Origin: a virus | IMG/VR virus record: IMGVR_UViG_3300045988_023308 | DNA: 42,430 bases | Reading direction: 5' to 3' (one strand) | Shown here: positions 38,955 to 42,430 of the stretch, in pieces | How positions within the stretch are numbered: position 1 is the first letter of the stretch | Layout: the number at the start of each line of letters is the position of its first letter | Position numbers and translations under genes: made by a program | The notes under the pieces: generated by a model | The model's input: the letters and a program-made list of their open reading frames with translations, nothing else | What the model was told of the DNA's origin: nothing | Databases searched by the model: none

Positions 38955-39127
38955 TGTTCATCCCTCCAATCTAACGGTTTATGACACATCGGACATTCAT
39001 CCGGTTTTTCTCCTTTGGCAATAAGCCCCAGTTGCCGCTTACAGTGCGGGCAAAACGGCACGTTCCACCAACCAAAAGTCGACCCAATGCGCCATTTTCT
39101 TTTTTTGTATGTTGGCTTGTTATTCAT
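38951..39127 (-). CDS. Hypothetical 58-aa Zn-ribbon protein (below ORF-track cutoff)
   Basis: ATG at 39127 after GGAGGG. MNNKPTYKKRKWRIGSTFGWWNVPFCPHCKRQLGLIAKGEKPDECPMCHKPLDWRDEQ. ATGA coupling to the next gene. Confidence 0.55.
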   Translation of the reverse strand: MNNKPTYKKRKWRIGSTFGWWNVPFCPHCKRQLGLIAKGEKPDECPMCHKPLDWRDEQ

Positions 39128-39449
39128 TTTCGCCCTCCAAATCTATTTTGCACCCGCAGCCGTAACACCATTCCGGGAACCCCTGCGGATTGTTTGGCTT
39201 CGGCTCGCATACCGCAGGGCTGCACCCGCATTCACTACAAGCCGGAAAACCGCCCATGTTCACCCACCGCCCATGCCGCACCGGATCCACATCGGCAGCG
39301 GGAGCGTCCAGCACCTCCGACAACATATCATCAACCCAACACGCACGGCACCTGACACCATTCGCATCTTCCCCTTGCTCTTTGCAAGGGGCGCAATACC
39401 GCCCCTCACAACTAGCGATAAACGCCTCCCGGCTGATGTAATCAGCCAT
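39120..39449 (-). CDS. Hypothetical Cys-rich protein, paralogous N-terminal module
   Basis: MADYISREAFIAS...APAADVDPVRHGRW followed by a Cys-rich tail. Confidence 0.6.
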   Translation of the reverse strand: MADYISREAFIASCEGRYCAPCKEQGEDANGVRCRACWVDDMLSEVLDAPAADVDPVRHGRWVNMGGFPACSECGCSPAVCEPKPNNPQGFPEWCYGCGCKIDLEGENE

Positions 39450-39906
39450 CCTTCATTGCCTCCAATGCTTTCTCCGCCTCCTCGCGGGTCAGGAATACGG
39501 TCTTGCCAAAATCGGAAAACCGATAAAACCTTGGAGCCATTGGAACGTATTGTGCTGCAATGCACCATCCGTCAGTGTTCGTTTCGATCCATTTTGCCAC
39601 CATCGGCAATATGGTCTTTTCCCCGTGGAATCCGTACACAACATCCCCCACCTTGCACGGCAGCACCACCAGCCGCCCGTCCCTGTCGGCATCGGCAAGC
39701 TCGCGCAGGCGGCCATACCGCACCGGCTCCACATCGGCGGCGGGCGCATCCTCAAAAACAGATGCAACAGCTTTGCAAAGTTCCTGCATCTTAAAGCAAC
39801 GGTTAATTTGCCGTTGCCCGTCAGCAGCAGCCATAGCAAGATTCCATTCGCCGTATGCGTGTTCCGCAGCCTTTAGTGCCGCCTCACGGCTGATGTAATC
39901 ACTCAC
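39442..39906 (-). CDS. Hypothetical protein, paralogous N-terminal module
   Basis: GTG at 39906 (GTGA overlap), 6 nt after GGAGGA. VSDYISREAALKA...APAADVEPVRYGRL. The upstream part of the track ORF overlaps the ASCH gene. Confidence 0.55.
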   Translation of the reverse strand: MSDYISREAALKAAEHAYGEWNLAMAAADGQRQINRCFKMQELCKAVASVFEDAPAADVEPVRYGRLRELADADRDGRLVVLPCKVGDVVYGFHGEKTILPMVAKWIETNTDGWCIAAQYVPMAPRFYRFSDFGKTVFLTREEAEKALEAMKDG

Positions 39907-40433
39907 TGCAATTCCTCCACATATCGCCAGCTCTGGGGCGGGCGTTTGATTGCATCCTCTTCGTACCGCAGCCCCGTGGGAAGCTCTGGCTTCCGGAATG
40001 CCATAAGCTCCAGCGGAACATCGTAGATTTTCAGATCGGAGATGTGCCAGCCGTACATTGCCTCCCTTCCGAACGCATAATACCGGAATTCTTCCTCTGC
40101 CAGACATGCAGATTTCAAATCATCGTCGTCAATCTCCCACCAACTATCACCGCAGTCGTAATCCATTCCGATTTCCGGGTGCGGGCAGTAATCGTAGTTG
40201 TACGTTGCTATGTTGTCACATGTGAACTCCCCGACAACCATTTTTCCACCGCTCACATTGCATACCATCCCGCCGTTAACTTTGTAGCTCAGGTTTCCGG
40301 CAGTGCAATAAATGTAAACCTTAAACGGCGTTTTCATATTGGGACGGTTCTTTCTGACTTCCAGTGTCTTTTCTCCGTTCAAAATCTTATCCACCCACTC
40401 CGGGCGAATGCTGATAAGTACCGCGTTAGCCAT
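39903..40433 (-). CDS. ASCH domain protein
   Basis: MANAVLISIRPEWVDKILNGEKTLEVRKNRP. ATG at 40433 (or 40439) after GGGAGG. Confidence 0.7.
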   Translation of the reverse strand: MANAVLISIRPEWVDKILNGEKTLEVRKNRPNMKTPFKVYIYCTAGNLSYKVNGGMVCNVSGGKMVVGEFTCDNIATYNYDYCPHPEIGMDYDCGDSWWEIDDDDLKSACLAEEEFRYYAFGREAMYGWHISDLKIYDVPLELMAFRKPELPTGLRYEEDAIKRPPQSWRYVEELQ

Positions 40434-40629
40434 TTCCATTACCTCCCTTTCCTTTAGCTCGGAATCTGATTGGCTCAAAGTCGCAAGACGTGTATTCCGG
40501 CTTAACCGAATACGCCATACTGCACCAATCAATGTTGATACAGTCCCCGCAGGTCATACCGTTCGGCAGCAACATACACTGATGTTTGCAGTTTTTTGCC
40601 TTATACTCTTCGCAGTCTTTACATTTCAT
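40426..40629 (-). CDS. Hypothetical Cys-rich small protein
   Basis: ATG at 40629 after GGAGGG. MKCKDCEEYKAKNCKHQCMLLPNGMTCGDCINIDWC. Confidence 0.5.
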   Translation of the reverse strand: MKCKDCEEYKAKNCKHQCMLLPNGMTCGDCINIDWCSMAYSVKPEYTSCDFEPIRFRAKGKGGNGNG

Positions 40630-40973
40630 CGTTAACCCTCCGGTTCCATGCTTTTTCCGCATCCTCCATTGCCAGAGAATACCGCTCCGGGACGATTTCA
40701 CCATTTCTCCGCATTCTGACCGCCCCGGCATTTGTCAGGTAAGTACAAGGTGGATGCGCAATCAACATATCCCACCGACCCACATCATGCACCTGTCCGT
40801 CCATGGTGGTCACTTGCCCCCCCCTCGATGGCCTTTAGGGCATCCCCTAAGATGTGCCACTCCGGGTGGCCGCCGCTTGGCTCCTGGATGTCGCAGGAGT
40901 AGGCTTCATGCCCCCGCGCCCGGAACGCCTTGCACACGGTTTGCGATTCCTCGCAGGCTATCAGTACTTTCAT
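40619..40973 (-). pseudogene. PPCTYL-motif (methyltransferase-like?) gene interrupted by a frameshift at a G8 homopolymer
   Basis: MKVLIACEESQTVCKAFRARGHEAYSCDIQ...AIEGG, frame break, then VTTMDGQVHDVGRWDMLIAHPPCTYLTNAG. Removing one G from 40817-40824 fuses the two track ORFs. Confidence 0.55.
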
Positions 40974-41866
40974 TCGTCTATCATCTCCAAATAATCCTCC
41001 ATACTGGTCTGTCCCGGCAGCACATCGTACTCCATCCACCAGCGGCACACATCTTCTGCGGTGGTTCCCATGCGCCATGAACCGTCCAGTTTCCCACGCC
41101 GTCTGCGTTCCTCCAGCATCCGTTCAAAGGCGTTCAGGTAGAGTTGCTTGTACTTCGGCCACCGGGCGAATTCTGCTTCCCGCCCTTTCTTGCCAGCCAT
41201 CGGACAGCCAACACACCCAACACGGCATTGCCCCTCTGCGTAAAGCGGATTCATCGGGACTTTCGCATCTTCTAAAAATCCGTACACATCCTTGTCCGCC
41301 CAGTCGATAATCGGGTTTACAACTCGTTTCGCTTTCAGGCGGCAGTTTTCAAAAAGCATACGCTTTTCGTCATTGTCGTTGGCAAGAATGATGCGTTTAT
41401 CCTTGGTTGCGCCCAGTTTTTCGTAGATTCCCCGGTTGTTTTTACGAGACACAGATTCAACCCATCTAACGCCGGTGCAGATGAACCGCCCTGCCCCCCC
41501 TGTTTCTTTCAGCACGGAACAGCAGTACCGCACCAGCCGGGTAGGTGGCATGAGTTTTTGAGGGATTAAGCTCCACATGGACACCCGCCTCCCCTTGTAA
41601 ACCGGCATGTTCACGGTGCATTTGTAGCCCTTTCCCTCCAACCGTTTGAACTCACTTCTGACAAACCGCACCGTTTCTGGGGCATCAGCCGTGGTGTGGC
41701 TGTGTTGGAACTCGCAGGGGATTCCCGCCCGAATGGCAAGCTCCGTGATAACACCGCTGTCCTTGCCTCCGGAAATGCAGATCACAAGGGGCTGCTGATA
41801 CGCCATCAGGGACATTTCCGATGCAGCTTTCAGGCGTTCGATTGCAGTTTGCTCTAAGTCGTTCAT
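40970..41866 (-). CDS. PAPS reductase / ATP-pyrophosphatase superfamily protein
   Basis: ATG at 41866 after GGAGGA. VICISGGKDSGV P-loop (SGGxDS). C-terminal Cys cluster CRVGCVGCP. Confidence 0.75.
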   Translation of the reverse strand: MNDLEQTAIERLKAASEMSLMAYQQPLVICISGGKDSGVITELAIRAGIPCEFQHSHTTADAPETVRFVRSEFKRLEGKGYKCTVNMPVYKGRRVSMWSLIPQKLMPPTRLVRYCCSVLKETGGAGRFICTGVRWVESVSRKNNRGIYEKLGATKDKRIILANDNDEKRMLFENCRLKAKRVVNPIIDWADKDVYGFLEDAKVPMNPLYAEGQCRVGCVGCPMAGKKGREAEFARWPKYKQLYLNAFERMLEERRRRGKLDGSWRMGTTAEDVCRWWMEYDVLPGQTSMEDYLEMIDE

Positions 41867-42036
41867 TCCGCATCCTCCACCGGGGATTTGAACCAGTTCG
41901 ACCAGCATCTTTTGCAGTCGTTGCAGCAAGCCTCTCTGGGATTGGGAGGACAGCCAAGGCCGTCGCAGATGTCAGCCAGCTCCTCATCCGTCATGTTCCG
42001 GATGCGGTCGGCGTTGGTCTTGGGCTTAGTCTCCAT
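41863..42036 (-). CDS. Hypothetical 57-aa Cys-rich protein (below ORF-track cutoff)
   Basis: METKPKTNADRIRNMTDEELADICDGLGCPPNPREACCNDCKRCWSNWFKSPVEDAE. The ATG overlaps the upstream TAA and the TGA overlaps the downstream ATG. Confidence 0.55.
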   Translation of the reverse strand: METKPKTNADRIRNMTDEELADICDGLGCPPNPREACCNDCKRCWSNWFKSPVEDAE

Positions 42037-42430
42037 CACTCTCAGCCTCCACGAACTCCCCGTTTTTCAGCGTGTAAGGCGTATCGGCTTTGATTCGCTC
42101 TCCGTCCACATACTCCGTTTTTACACATACTGGAATGTATCGTCCCTTCGCTCCATCGCGTTTCCACTCCGCAAGTGTAATCCAACAACCAATTTGCGCT
42201 TTTACCACAGAGCCATCTCCAGCGCAGCAAATCACGGAATCGCTTCCAGTGCAGTTAATCCGGGCGGAGTCCCCGGAGCTGCCAATCTGGGCGGAGTACC
42301 CGGAGCTGCCAATCTGGGCGGAGTACCCGGAGCTGCCAATCTGGGCGAAGTCCCCGGAGCTGCCAATCTTGGCGAAGTCCCCGGAGCTGCCAATCTGGGC
42401 GGAGTCCCCGGAGCTGCCAATCTGGGCGGA
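42026..42430 (-). CDS. Repeat protein (DUF7666-like), C-terminal fragment of the gene starting at 435
   Basis: The frame IGSSG[D/Y]SAQ x6 continues without a stop into ...DSARINCTGSDSVICCAGDGSVVKAQIGCWITLAEWKRDGAKGRYIPVCVKTEYVDGERIKADTPYTLKNGEFVEAESDGD*. Confidence 0.8.
   Translation of the reverse strand, partial: SAQIGSSGDSAQIGSSGDFAKIGSSGDFAQIGSSGYSAQIGSSGYSAQIGSSGDSARINCTGSDSVICCAGDGSVVKAQIGCWITLAEWKRDGAKGRYIPVCVKTEYVDGERIKADTPYTLKNGEFVEAESDGD
42272..42430. repeat. 27-bp tandem repeat, 5 full units plus a 24-nt partial unit, coding
   Basis: Read directly. Units start at 42272, 42299, 42326, 42353, 42380 and 42407, with point variants (GGAGTA/GGAGTC/GAAGTC, CTGG/TTGG). Confidence 0.95.

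Larger units (their letters stand above)
1..42430. mobile_element. Complete temperate siphovirus-like phage genome (circular or terminally overlapping assembly)
   Basis: Contains integrase/repressor, replication, TerS-TerL-portal-MuF-scaffold-MCP-tail-TMP-lysis modules and attP. One gene is split by the window ends and reads in frame across them. The last 24 nt equal the first 24 nt. Confidence 0.85.

Noticed and set aside
42232-42420. Track ORF translating the 27-bp repeats as PRLAAPGT(P/S) (62 aa, TTG start at the window edge)
   Set aside because: It is in the wrong frame. The frame IGSSG[D/Y]SAQ is continuous with the flanking non-repeat coding sequence on both sides (435..1 and 42262..42026). 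The Pro-rich frame ends in a stop at 42232 just past the repeats and has no upstream gene context.
42262-42430. Possible CRISPR array (regular short repeats at both window ends)
   Set aside because: The units are directly contiguous with no spacers, and the period of 27 is a multiple of 3. They lie inside an open reading frame. No cas genes or leader are present.

Overview
The window is essentially one complete temperate siphovirus-type phage genome of about 42.4 kb. The host is Gram-positive and probably a spore-forming Clostridia-type bacterium. The genome appears as a circular or terminally overlapping assembly. Both window ends lie inside the same 27-bp tandem-repeat array of a single gene, which reads in frame across the junction, and the last 24 nt equal the first 24 nt. 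I support about 85 CDS, nearly all on the minus strand. In transcription order they form these blocks. (1) An early operon runs from a consensus promoter at 6920-6948 down to 455. It carries small proteins, a stand-alone Spo0A C-terminal-domain protein, XRE and excisionase-like HTH proteins, Gp157, a Sak4-like ATPase, an HNH endonuclease, DUF669, DUF1064, a replisome organiser with internal iterons, and a G39P-like helicase loader. (2) A block wraps through the window ends from 435 to 36781. It carries the repeat protein, a PAPS-reductase-like protein, a frameshifted PPCTYL-motif gene, ASCH, DUF551, many Cys-rich microproteins, a lipoprotein and an ArpU/RinA-like regulator. (3) A ParB-like nuclease and a Mom-like GNAT protein are followed by a non-canonical tRNA-like element. 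Then come TerS, TerL, portal, a MuF-like protein with a C-terminal JAMM motif, scaffold, MCP, head-tail genes, major tail protein, the G/GT chaperone with slippery T_TTT_TTC, tape measure, Dit, a Tal-like protein, fibres, and lysis genes (M15 endolysin, XhlA-like protein, holin). (4) A terminator-bounded accessory region at 15370-11022 carries unusual low-complexity and Cys-rich proteins and an acr/aca-like operon. (5) attP (10705-11020) contains a 23-nt copy of a tRNA-His-type 3' end. (6) The plus-strand lysogeny module at 7005-10704 runs from an XRE repressor to a tyrosine integrase. I saw no rRNA, CRISPR array, transposase, reverse transcriptase or invertase. The items most worth follow-up are the tRNA-like element upstream of terS, the low-complexity moron cassette, the MuF-JAMM fusion with its neighbours, the Spo0A-domain gene, the Mom/ParB/PAPS-reductase DNA-modification genes, two homopolymer-associated frame problems (the MCP 3' end and a G8 tract), and a promoter-plus-terminator unit that looks like an OOP-like antisense sRNA. 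All functional calls come from reading translated motifs by eye. No database search was run.
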